DNA from: Mytilus edulis
Taxonomy: Eukaryota
Assembly: GCF_963676685.1 (NCBI RefSeq)
Contig: NC_092346.1
Coordinates: 63,054,001-63,118,000 of the forward strand
Length of the DNA stretch: 64,000 bases
Direction: 5' to 3'
The notes beneath the pieces were generated by a model. It ran no database searches and was not told the origin of the DNA. It worked only from the letters and a program-made list of their open reading frames with translations. How positions within the stretch are numbered: position 1 is the first letter of the stretch; each line of letters opens with the position of its first letter. A program made the translations under genes and the position numbers. This document shows, in pieces, positions 1-13,400 of the stretch.

Positions 1-799
1 ATAAATCAAAACATAAAGGTTATTCCTGATTAATTTTTCGAATTATTTTATAATTAAAGGCGTTAAGAAACCTTTGGTGACCCTACAGTTTAAATGTCTA
101 TCGTAGGTACGTCGTGAACAGTGGTCGTTACAGACAAACGTTCACGTAAATTGTCCCAGTCAATGGATGAATTTAATGTGTCAATCAATGGCCACAGCCA
201 CACTGTTTTGAATTTCATTCTAATAACATTGTAATACCGTACTCAAAATTTTCATTTCTTACCATAAATTAGCAATTATGTTACAGCAATTTTCATACTA
301 TTAATTTAAGACCAACTGTGTGTTTCTCCTTTCGTATCATATGGATGAAAGCATGTAGCTTTTCAGTGTCATCTGACGATGCATACATTTTATCTTTCCA
401 AGAGCAATAATTACAACAAAAGTGCCTACTTTGTTGTGTTAAGCATACTCATAATTCAAAGTATAGGAAAACACGAAGTAGTTGTTTGACCTGCCTTTGA
501 TGTAGTCGTTAGATCTAGAGCGCTTAATTGTCCATGTAATTTCTTTTTTCCACTGGGCATAACCCCAGTAAAAACAGTTAATAGGCACTGGTCATCGACT
601 TCGCCCAATGCCTTGCTGATATAAATATCTATAACAAAATTCTCATTAAAAAAAGTACGCGTTAGAGTGCATAGTTACAGTGCAATTGTATGTCTTTGTA
701 TCATGTGTCTTGTAAATCCTTAGAACTTAAATTAATGTACAGCTTTAAAATATATGGAAAATTAACCAACTTTCGTCATATTATGGTCTTGAGAAACGG

Positions 800-906
800 T
801 GATAGTCCGTCGGAAGGCAGCACTCGCACCCGCAAAGTGGAAAGGGATTAATATAAGTTGCAATAACTTGTTTCCAAATCCACTTTAAATAAATATGCTT
901 CAACTA
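800..906 (+). repeat. SINE-like repeat fragment
   Basis: AGTCCGTCGGAAGG...GCACTCGCACCCGCAAAGTGGAAAGGGATTAATATAAGTTGC...AAATAAATATG resembles the 3' part of a molluscan SINE; recognised from memory only. Confidence 0.4.
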
Positions 907-1107
907 ACTTTCGTCAGCGAACAAAATAACAAGGTATAAAGTGATTCCGAAGATATGTTGGAGTCCATACAACATATTTCGTTTGCATCTTGCTCGTTTG
1001 TTGAATGTTCTACCCTTTATACTTCACGTTCCGGTTCTCGTTCCGGCTCTCGTTCCTCTCACTTAATAATTCAAAGTTTTTGGTGACAATGTTGAATGCA
1101 TCTATAC

Positions 1108-1370
1108 TGCATATTTTGACTTACATATAGAAATTGACAATTAGGGTAGGTTGAGAATAAAACTTTACAACAAAGAGAAGACTTTAGCTTCCCAAGTTCG
1201 AACTTTCATTTCTATGTAGCAAAATTCCAGCAGCGCCTGTTTAGGGATTATATTTTATATATCTCATGTCGTTTGATAATCATACGATATTCCAGAGCTT
1301 GCATTTCCTTTCATGACTTTCATGGTACAGCTATTGTTGTTGTTTACTATGAAGTTATTTAATCAAGAGA
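1108..1370 (+). mobile_element. Degenerate Penelope-like retroelement RT fragment
   Basis: The frameshifted translation follows AYFDLHIEIDN-GRLRIKLYNK..DFSFP..NF.FLCSKIPAAP...RYSRACISFHDF, typical of the C-terminal RT/thumb region of Penelope-like elements. A smaller piece (YLDLNLEIENE) lies at ~51100-51150. Confidence 0.7.
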
Positions 1371-2034
1371 TCTAAGTGATGATGTTGAGTCGGTTGCCCG
1401 TTTTATAATATCTGTCGCAATCTTGTGTCCACTTTTCCTAGAGTGTGACCAATTTATTGTAGTTATCACCATTATTTCATCCTTGAGTAAAAACTACTTC
1501 CTTAATTGACAAATTGAAAAAAACATCCACCATGGACAATTTCCCTGGTTTCACTACCAGACTCAAACTCCTAAATTTGATAAATCTTGATGGAATTTGA
1601 ATATTAACATGTTTTTGTGCAATTGTGTATCGAATGACATCAGTAACCAAAGTGAACTCATTTGTGTGTGAAAGGTATTTCATAGCTTTATGTCTAATGG
1701 AATTTTATTTTAATATATGTCAAATACGGAATAAAAAACACAAAAATATTATCATTTAAATCCTTGATTCGTTATTTAAATTGCACTGACAATTATAATC
1801 TATCCTTTATCTTATTGTTCTGTAAAAGTACAATCCAGTTCCCTCCTGGATAGTAACCCTCGAATAGCGATGATGCATGACAGGTTGCTATTAAATTTAT
1901 TTGTACACATCCCTCAGACTGGAGCTTTATGGTGAAAAATCTCCTTTATACTTCAAACACAGTTTTGAAAAGAGTGTAATAAATTTAAAACAAAGTCGGT
2001 GATTGTCCTCTATAATTATATATCAAACGGAAAT

Positions 2035-2612
2035 TTATCTATCTATATACCTTCCCGTCAGGGCTCATTTTGAGTGAATATACACCAGCGTGAGTGAACA
2101 GCTAAAAACCTTAAAGTGTGTACAGTTAAAATGAAAACTGTATCTACAGTTAAAATCAGTGCTGTAGTTTAGATGTGGAGTAGTGTCGACATGCTGACCT
2201 CTTAAATAGCGTGTCGAAAATGTTCAACACGCGCCCGGGGAAGTTCGGATGTCGAAAGGTATGTTGTTCCAGGATATGATGGTGGCAGGAATGATGAATA
2301 CTTGAAACAATCTAGTTTGGCTAATGTTATTAGATACGGAACCACCGGTTCTGGTGTTATGGCAGTTGAGCAGGAAGTGAACAGGAACTTCTACGACATG
2401 ATTTATTATTTTTTGTAGAACATGATAACTCTTTTTCTGGCTTTTTTGTGTTCCAGTGGTTCCCAACCTAGTTGCTGATTCATTTTGGTTACGCAACCAT
2501 GGCCAGGTTTCCTCGAAAAGAAATCCCCCATGGCAAATGGCAAATCTGGCAGCCTGATGTTGTTCGTTTTCGAGTTGTTGGATTTGCTGATGCTGATAGA
2601 ACGGAAATTTAT
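2035..2612 (-). mobile_element. 5'-truncated CR1/L2-group LINE 3' end (ORF2 C-terminus plus 3'UTR)
   Basis: Joining the frames of track ORFs 2224-2625 and 2406-2666 gives YQHQQIQQLENEQHQAARF...CVTKMNQQLGWEPLEHKKARKRVIMFYK/IINHVVEVP...PATIISWNNIP, the post-RT tail of CR1-group LINEs. It ends in a short TAGA-type tail near 2035-2048. Confidence 0.8.
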
Positions 2613-4490
2613 CTGACAAACACATATCAAATTTGAAGAAATATGTATGGATTGAAAAATTATCATTTTTAATTTTTTTTACAAACGTTCTACCAACAAT
2701 TTAAACATACAAATACATGCATTCATCTTAAATACCGTATATGTATGTGACCCTCTATATATCATTTGGTTATGTTTGTCGTTGCTTTGCAGTCTTTTAT
2801 TCATAAATATGTACATTATTTTTTAAATATTAAAACAATAATACATGTATTTTGGAAAGTAGTAGATAGATATGATTTCGTTTTAAAATCAAGATTGTCA
2901 TGGAGAAGTTGTCAGCAAAATCTTATAAAAATGTGTGATATCTACCATTTACTGTAAATTAATTGAACTTCCAAAATATCGTTATTATGGAGCAATTAAT
3001 CATATCTTCTACAATGTGTATGCTCTCTAAAATTAGATTGTAAAGTATCTTAACTTCAGTAAAAAAATGGAGGGTAAAATATTATCTACATTGATGTATA
3101 TGACGTAAGTGGCACTGAATTGAAGATAAGTGTAAAAGTTGATATAAATACTTGATATGAAAGAATCAAACTGTTTGTCTCTGAAGTCGTTCGTGTGTGT
3201 TTGGCTACATGTTTTATTCCTTTTCCATATTTATATGCAAAATTGTAAGTAAACTACATGTAGATATGATTTTAGGCAAACATGATACCCAATTGCCAAA
3301 TAAAAAAATATTATTGTAAAATTAATTGTAAAAATTATACATGTACCAATCTGATTTATGTCTGACATCAATTTGTTTAACAGATAAGCGTGATCATGAT
3401 AAACACATGGCCTGCAAAACATTCGATAGTTCTAGTCATTCAGGAGCATAAATTCTAGAGGGATCGATTTGGAGTCTAATATGTATGGGTCCTTTTACAA
3501 TCATCGGAAAAACTTGTATATGTACATGACTACAATAAAACTTCTTTTTATTTTGCACAAAATTTCCCCAAAACAATTTAATTGGGCAAACGAATTCCTG
3601 CAAATTTGTTACGTATATCTCTTTGACAAAAATATTATGATGAACACTGCACATGCAAAATCCACTGTAAAAAAACAATAGCTGTTGGGAGCACCTGCCC
3701 CTCGTTTTTTTTTAATTTATTTATTTAAAGCATATTATAAAAGACTTATATACGAATCGTCTAATAATCCCAATCGAGTTTAAATATAAAAAAAAATGAG
3801 ATGTACCTGAAACCACTTTAGACTCTACAATACTTTTCATATTTTTTTATAAGTTAGATTGATCATGCATGTTTGGTTGGTATTTTAAATTTATTTCAGC
3901 CCAATTAAGGGAAATTCAGAAATAAGCCCACCGAAAACTCAATTCAACTGTTAAATTGGTTGACATTCATCATGGTCAAACGTTGTAGGAGCCAAATACA
4001 CAAAAATAATTGGAGGCATCAAAACCAAAACACCAAAAAATATTCCGTTTTAAATAAAATTAAACAAATTTTGAAACAAAACATTGCGTTTTTCTGGCAT
4101 GATAAATTAAGATTTTACTATTTCTTACTTGTATCGTTCTGGTACTCGCTTTTTACGGGCTAACGGTGGCATGTATAGCGTCATTGTTATTGAAATTACG
4201 GGTATCCGATATTTTCTAAAGGGAAACCATTTAATTAGCCGCCATATTTGTTGATAAACGTTACCACAGCGATACCATTCGGACTACCTTTATACTTATC
4301 ATTAAATTGATAGGCTGTTTTGTTTCGGACTTTATTATTGTCAGAAGAGACAAAAAAAAGACTGAATATCTATTTTATAAATTTTAATGATCATTTCTAC
4401 ATAATAATTGCTTCATTTCTGACAGGTTGAAAAGTAAGCAGGTTCATTTAAGTAAAGCTACAAATTTTTTCTTGACAACAACAATACAAT

Positions 4491-7400
4491 ATGGCGACTA
4501 TGGTCAGATTGCTGCGGCAGACTGACCAAATCGTTGAAGATTCGTACGAAAGGAAAAAGTAAGCAAAATAAAACTTCATTCCTAAATGATTATATTGAAA
4601 ACAATCCCTGGCTATTTCAGAAAATGTACCTTAAAACCGGTTTATAAGATAAAATAACCCTAATCGGGACGAGTGAGTAATCCGTTCTCTTTCCTTACAT
4701 CTACCTGGGTAAGAGACTATCAATACTTTGAGTTCATTTAGACTTCAGTGCAGATTCAAGGAAAATAATGATCTAGAAGCAGCAATAACACACAACTAAA
4801 ACACTTTACTGTGAATTAATAAATATGAGGCAGGCATTACTGTCATCCTGTGAAACGTAGTCTGTATGAACTTTTTTATAATTCAAACATGTTAAAAAAA
4901 GAAACTGAAATACTGTAATGTTTCCGATTAGGGATTTTGGTTACGACGTTATTTAAGTTATGATATCATATTCAATGAAAACAAAGAAACGCTGTAATCA
5001 GGTGACATTTTTTTTCAAATCAAACAATTATTAAAAATAAATTGGTATTGAGTTCCTTCCTATATTTTACTAGACGGTAAATATATATTTTAATCAAAGT
5101 CTCATGCAAACAAGACTGGAAAAAGGAAGAAGATTTCTGCACAGATGCAGGGATTTAAAAACGTATGAAGTTGTGGGTGCCATATAGTTTTACCCTTGTC
5201 CGTCATTCCGTAATATCGTCATTCTGTAATTCTGTCATTCCGCAACAAACCATTATATGGAGTTTTTTTCTTAACGCCTGCAGATATTCGGCTGATTTTT
5301 GGTATGTGATGAGTTACAGATCAAGTTTGAGTTTCGTTCCGCTCCACTAATTTTTGCCAAAATTACGGGCTTTGAACTTTGATAAATTGTTGAAAATCAC
5401 AGTTATACAAACTTTTTTTCTAAATGCTCTCAGATATTGGGATGATTTTTGGCATGTATGTTAACCAAGATGAGTTACAAATCAAGTTTAAGTTTTGTTC
5501 TGCTCGGCTAATTTTTGCTGAATTTACGGGCTATGGACTTTGATGAATTGTTGAAAATCACAATATAGTTATACAGACTTTTTTTCTAAACACTTTCAGA
5601 TATTGAGCTGATTTTTGGTATGTGAGTTACTCATGATGAGTTACAGCACAAGTTTAAGTTTGTTTCGCTCGCCTAATTTTTGCTGTAATGTCGGGCTTTG
5701 GACTTTGATAAATTTTTTAAAATCACAGTTATACAGCGTTTTATCTAAATGCTTTCAGATATTGGGCTGATTTTTTATGTGTGTGACTATCATCATGTTT
5801 GTGTCCACATGTGTTATTGAAATTGCAGATTTTTCAACTTTTTGAGACAGGACCATTAGTGTCACTTTGACACATCTAGTTTTTGATTTTTTTGGTTTAT
5901 TTTTTACCATAATTGGGGACTATATATATCTCCCCATAATATGTGTTGGACACCAATTTTGATGGGCACAAGTGAACCACTAGATTAAGCAAGAAAGCAA
6001 TGAAAAGGAGATGGTAAAATTTATGAGGGCAAATTTTGATATTTTTTCCTAACTGTTTATTGCTACCTAAAATATGTATTTAATTTTTTACTTTCATATT
6101 TTAGTGAGGCTGAACTGCAGAGACAGAGAGAATATTTATCATCTGTTAAAATTCAAGCCAATTTTAGAGGATCTCAAGTACGATCATACTTCACGTAAGT
6201 AAATTTTTATGATAATCATAGTAATTTACTCATCTATAATCTATATGATAACATAATAGTCCTTTTGTCAGAGGCAAAGTTGTACTGAAAGTTGATGAAT
6301 AATTTTGAAAAACATTAAAATGGGGTTTTCCAAAAAAGTTTCAATGTTAAACATTGTTAAAGGGAAATTCCGCGATTTTTTACTTATCATCTAATTATGT
6401 TCATCTTAACATAAAAAACACATTTGCAAAGTTTTAAATTTATATTCCTTCTAATAACGGAGAAAATCAAGTATTTGAAACTTTTTTGGTTGAATTCTCG
6501 AGTGGGTCGTGACGTATTAGCCCGATTTATTGAATTCTGGGAAAAAATAAAATCTGTTTAACTCTTATAGCTTATCGACAATATACGTAATTAAAAGCGC
6601 ACAGCTGACGAATGGTCGTAGTCATTAACCACAATACAAGAATGAACGAAAATGAATATGCATATACCGTTTTGTTTTGATGAATTAAACTCCTATTAAA
6701 TTATCTCTAGTAAATGTTTTCGAATAAATTTCATTAATTATTGTTGAGAATTTTTTCATAAAATATTTATTGAACATTTTTACTGATATTGAACTGAAAT
6801 TATTTCAGTTCTATTTACCGTTATTGTTTTGATAATCATTTCAATGCAACTAAAGTGTGAGCAGAGTGTGTATATTATTTTGTAAAGGTCACTGTATATT
6901 TCTCGGCTTGAGGTCAATTTGTTTACCTTGTAGCTATTTAGCCGCAGGTGTGAGTTCAAGCGTACACAGGTATAAATGTTGTTATTTGGAAAGGATAAAC
7001 AGAAAGGGTTAGAAAGAGTATGCTGTCACGATTTTAATACACTAAGAGTTTAATACACGATGAGAATAAAGATGCAATAATTAAATTGTGTAAATTAATT
7101 GAAAATAAAATTTCAGATTCGTAATTCCGAAAGTGTATAAAAATAAAAGGAAACAATTTTTGATTACTTTCTTGGCGGTAATTGGCGTAAATGAAGTAAA
7201 AAATGGTAGTTTTAATCTTTAATAAAAACTAAATGCAATATAACCCAATTTGTTATACCATTGCCAATCTGTTTGATATCATTGACTTTACCGGAATTTT
7301 TTAACTTGTATTCAAATCTGGCTGTGTTTAAATTCTTATAAAACTATAGCAATTTTAAAGTTTTTAATTGAAAAAAAAATACAACATACAAAATGCATGA

Positions 7401-10400
7401 TTTTTTTGTTTTAGTTTCTTTTTAACATTTTATTCTTGCATAATTAAATTCATTTGACAATCATTTACACGAACTTTTTATGAAAAGAATACCAATTATC
7501 TAAGCTAAGGCATTATTTTTTTTGACAATTTTTTTTTTTAAATTCTATGATAATATTTTGTGCAATGTTGAACATGATAGCCGTCATTAATCCAAATAAG
7601 TAATACAGTAGTTGTAATAAAACTTATATCTTAGTCATGCATAACTGATATTGACGAATTTAGAATAGTTTGTCCATACATCGTTGTTCTTGCAACAATC
7701 ATTATTAGTATACATACATGTAAGTTTCCTGACGTATAAGCGCCACTGAGGATGAGCTCCAGAGAAAGCAAAATAGTAGCGTTTCGTTCGTTTGTTTGTT
7801 GGGAAAGGAGAGGAAATGCAACCACTTGTACAGATAAACGACAGAATTACCATACAAGCATTTATAGTCAATACAAACAGAAAGAGTTCCCATCGTTGGA
7901 CAGGGAATATGAAGGCTTCCAAGAATGAACTAGTGACATGTCTAACTCTGAACAGTTAGAAAACGGACTATCGACATCGACCGCTTGTTCTTGATATTTG
8001 AAACTGCATGCATATATACGTATACGTTTATGATTGTGATGAGTTATGGTGTCTGACAAAAACTAAATTCCTTCATGGTTATATCTTGCCATACTTTTAT
8101 ATTGGTTTGTAAGGTGATTACTCAAAATCATTATTTGAAAATCCTGTTTGTGAGATGTAGATTCATTTCAATACAGAAATTTCGTCTATGAATTAAGTTC
8201 CACAAGTGTATAACACGGAGAAGCTCTGAGGGTCCATTACTCCCATTTTGTTTGGGTGTGAACCATCGATGTTTACAGCAATATCAAAGAATAAGATGAT
8301 GATGGTAGAAAGATCTATGGGCGTTATGTGGCAAATAGTACATGCATATCGGACCATGAGTTGTCAATTTGTATGAAAAGATTTCCGATACAACCATATT
8401 ATTGAGAAGCAAGGTTTAAATGCTATACTCTCGTACTAGTATTACAGGGTTCTTTTCTTGTCTTGTGGCGTTCACCTTAGACACACATCTTTTTAACGAT
8501 GTTTAAAAAAACGACAGAACCAATTTAATGTCATATTTCCATATTTTTTTAAATGTAACTAAAAGTCTTTTATCTGACAAGAATACCCCTATTTAGCGGA
8601 CAAGTAATTTATTCTTTTTTCTGTTATTGAATACCTAGAGAGAAAATAAATCCCGAAATTAATTTGAAACTTTGATACTCAAAAGTTTGCCAGCAAAATA
8701 TTCACATCCCTTGGGGATAATTAGTGTTCGTCCAGTGGCATATATTACAATTGTGATGACGAATTCCTTCCTTTGTTCGAGAACAATCTTATTGAAATAT
8801 AAATCTGTGATTTTAGTATTTCCCGTGACAACTTCAATGAACCAAAGCAAAAGTTATACATCGACCTGTATTTAAATCAAATTGGTTCTCTTCTTCTTCT
8901 GGTATACAATAGTCTATCGACATTCGATGATTACCTTCTGTTGGCATACGTGGACTAGTCTATTTACAAAACTTTTACCCCAATTTATTCAAAATATATG
9001 TTTTTTTTTCTTATGTTTAATGTATACATGTATATATTTTAAATTACGCTTTAGTTCCATAACTTTCAACCCAGTCGTATAAACGAATCATCGGCAAGTG
9101 CGTACATTTTATAAATCAATATTTCTGGTATGTTCCAATCTGTCCTTCACCATTGACAATGAGTATATATTACATTTCCCCAAATTCACCCTTGGAAAAA
9201 ATATTTAAATAGATTTTAATTCCATCAAATCTTATTTTTTGGGTATTATTTATATTTTTATGAATAATATTCTTTACACCAGAAATGTTATTTATAAACA
9301 AGCGTATGAGTTTAGTAATGACAAGTAAGACAGAAAACAATTTTCACGGATCACTTATTTATGATTTCAACTTTGACTTTTTACCTAATTCCAATATCAA
9401 CAGTTTAAAAACAAAAGACCGTGGTAATTTAAAAAAAATAAGAATATTTTCCGTATCAACTTGAAGTTAGTAAGTCGGATAAAACAACCGTACGATTGCC
9501 AAGATATCGACATGCAATTACGACTACATCGGTTACTGTAGTTTTGTTCCTTTTGGGTTTATAGACATATCGATTTTATTAACCGGGAACGAAGACAAAA
9601 TGGCTGAATGGATGGAAATGATTCTCTAAATTTAAAATCGATGGTGATCGCTTACATTGTATCTAGCGGAATAAAACTATAATATCTATGAATTTGAGCA
9701 TTTTTATGCCTAATGAACATAATATCAATTTTTGATTTTTTTGCGAAGTTTCCCTTTAAATGAAATGAGTCTTTTTAGGAAATGTGCTAATTTTTTAATA
9801 TATCTGCAACCATTCTTCAATAAAGCTGGATGTGACATGTTTAATGAGCTAATAAGTGAAATGTTTAAATTATAATTGAATTATTTATTATTTTAGACAC
9901 TTAAATAACTGTGCTACAGTAATACAAAAGAGCTGGAGAGGGTATGTTGGAAGACAGTCTTTCAGAGTTATTGTGAAGGTAAATATTGATGAAAATCCAA
10001 ATTATATAGATCACTTGTATCATTGTATGACAGATAAGAATATACAAGGAAGTTTTTCATATTTGTTTGGGAGGCCTAAAATCATGCAGTTTATTTATAC
10101 ATGTAAGCTGAAACTTATTGCAAAAACTAAAAAGGATGTCTTCTTGAGAAAAATTTAATATAGAAATATAAACTAGTTAACCATTCCTAATAGGTATTGA
10201 ATCTTTGCCACTTCATTTTGAGCAAACACTGATAGGTTTTTCAACTATTAAACTGCATGTTTTTGTTAATTTAAAAAAAAATTAAATCAGTAAAAAATAT
10301 TTAAAAACTAAAATAACTACAATTAATTAAAACCATGATAACATTATATATAAAGCTAATGTAGATATTAGCTGAAACATTATTATTCTAGAATACATTT

Positions 10401-13400
10401 AGTATGTACATGTATATGATGTTCTATAACATGTATAAAGGTCATTTAAAACAAATTCACAAACTTACTTTTCTTTTTTTTTCTTTTTCAGAACAGTGTA
10501 TTGATTATGAAACTGAACCATTTCAATGCTATGGCAACTCAGGTTTGTACAAATCATGTGAAAATATAGAAATAATTGTATTTGATTTGAAAAAATAAAA
10601 AAAAATGGATTTGTTCAATATTATAAGTGAATCTTTAACACAGTTTTCTGTAAATTGAAAAAGAAAGGATGACAAATTTATTAAGAAAAACTGATATATA
10701 CCTTATTCTTACTTAATATTTATTTGGAAAGAGAAGAAACCTGTTTGAATTTTTGTAATGAGAAATTGATATCCTGTCATGGCCATCTGTAATCATTTAC
10801 AAATAAAAATGTAATTTTACTGTCAACATTTTTAATTGCATTTCATATTGAAATCTGGAGACTCGATCTATAATGATTTTACTTGTATACATTTGTTTAG
10901 GTACAGAAGATATGGAGAGGATATTATGTTAGGAAATATGTGTATAACTATTACAGTCAAAAGAGATATCTGGAAGCACTTATTGTCAAGAATGCTATAG
11001 TGAGGTAAAGATAATGTTACAAGTACCATTAAAATGTTTATATCCCTGTGGAAAATTAGTTGGAAACTGCTTTGTGTTTAATTATTTTAATTTAAACTTA
11101 TTTATTTTTATATACCATAAGATTCTATTTGAAAGATGATGGCTCAATATTAAGTTGTTTTTCTATTTCTTTTTCTAACATATTTGCCTTTTTTTTTTTT
11201 TTTTTTAAATCTCCTGTTTTGTTAGACAGTACAAAATGAATCATCAAAGGCATACAATTGTTTTGTATATGAAAATAAGAAGATGTGGTATGATTGCCAA
11301 TGAGACAACTCTCCAACAGACACCAAACATCATTAAAGTTAACAGCTATAGGTCACTGTACAGCCTTCAACAATGAGCAAAACCAATAAAGCATAGTACG
11401 CGTATTATTATGTAGCTACAATGTATATCATGAAAGTTTTGCCTTGAGTTTTTTAACATCTACATATTTATCATATTCTTTTTTTTTATACTAGGAGTGA
11501 ACTAGAAGACTATACAGAACAGCAAGAAAACTTAAGAAGAAGACAAACAGAACATGAAGAAAGAAAATTAAATGAATTTTTGGCTCGTAAAAATCATCAT
11601 CTCATCAGTACAGAAGTTATTCCAGGAATCTATAACTCACCATTCAACCCGTGAGTTACATAACAATAGTGATAGAGAATAAAACCACGCAAAAACAGTT
11701 TTTCACAAAATACCTGTTAGTTTATTGTTCACTGTTTTGAAAGCATGTATCGATGCGAAATTTTAACAAAAATATCCTGAAAATTGAAATCTTTTATTTA
11801 ATCTTAAGTGACATTTATTGAAAATATAAAAATAGCTGAGAATGAAAGAAACCTAGAGTTTTGTTAAATTCGCAAAAGGATACCCTTAACTCATACTATT
11901 TGTATAAATATTTTAGTAAGTAAATTAAATTATTTCCTCTTTAACATATTCATTTATGATTATTCTCGGGTTGTGTTCTACAATTATGATCAATTTCATC
12001 AAGGAGTGGATGTGCATACAAGACACGTGGATAGGTGCCTTTCTATAAACCTCCAAAATTTTTGTTTGTTTTAAAAAATAGAGTTTTCAGTTGGAAGCAA
12101 AACCTTAACACATGATACACTTGACGTTAAACAGACCTCCATCGTCATCATCATCATAAATAATTAATAGTAAATAACAAACAACAACAAAAATAATTTG
12201 AGAAAATAGAGAAAAAAAAAATCATTAGGATTTACAGAAATATTACACTTTGACTGATCATACATAATATTGTGTACATCTAAATATAAAAAAGATTAAT
12301 GTATGCTGCTATCTCTATGTTAAGGTTAAATGTATGGTAAGAACCAAACTGACAAAAAATATATCAATGAAAACCACTATTGATATTTAAATAACTGTAC
12401 TTTTTTTGTGTTTTTAGTTATCCATCAGAGCAAGAATTTTTATCGAGAAGTGTAGCACCACTTAAACATGAAAAGACAAAGAAAATAGGACATTCATATG
12501 ATCCCACATGTAAAAGCTACGAATGTCCAAAGCCTAAACAGTTACCACCTATAGTTGTGAAACCACAGGTAAGTTATGTCATAGCCCATCTTGAAGCCAA
12601 TAATGATATTCTACAATTATGCAATTTGCAGCAAATGTAAACAACCTGTTTTCAGTTTAATTGAAATGAGTTTACTGATTGCTTTAGATATAATGTTTGA
12701 AACTTCAAAAGAATAATATTTCTCCAATTTTTATTGTAGAATTTGTTGTTTTTCTTCTTTTTTATTAGAATAATTAGTAAAGTTGTATGCAAGAGTGAAT
12801 CTAAGACTAACATGCAATGCTAGACAAACTGAACAACAGGTGTATTTTTAAATCAAATGTTGTATTTCATAGTTGAAATTTATTGTTTAGGGTCCATTCA
12901 GAGATCCAACAGAAGTACAGAAACAGAGGTACAAAGGATTCCAGCCAACCTTACGTGTAGCTACATCATTTACATCACTAGAAGAAGCCAGACAAATTTT
13001 GAAAGCTGAGGAATGGGTCACAAGACTTAATGATGATATGTAAGTTTCCGACTGAAGATTAGGTACTAAATAACAAAATAGTCACTTATCTGACGCCTTG
13101 TAAAGGTGTATTTAAAAAAAAAAGTTTTATATAAAAAAGAAGATGTTGTATGATTGCCAATGAGACAACTCTCCACAAGAGAACAAAAGACACAGAATTA
13201 ACAACTATAGGTCATTGTACAGCCTTCAACAATGAGCTTATACCCCATGCCACAATTCAGACATGAAAACTAACAGCCTTATTGATGTTTTATTGCTTAA
13301 TGTATTATATATAAAATTGTAAAGCTGCATCATATATATATGTAAAAAAAATGCTCTGAAAATAACAAGTTTTTATTTTTCATCCATTTTTCTAGATATT

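Noticed and set aside
7631-7922. 95-aa hydrophobic/Cys-rich ORF as a nested membrane protein gene
   Set aside because: Non-ATG start in the track, no convincing splice partners, no recognisable family, and it lies inside a TE.
6357-9759. piggyBac assignment for the TTAA-flanked element
   Set aside because: The termini begin AGGG (purines) rather than the CCY typical of piggyBac; Kolobok fits better.
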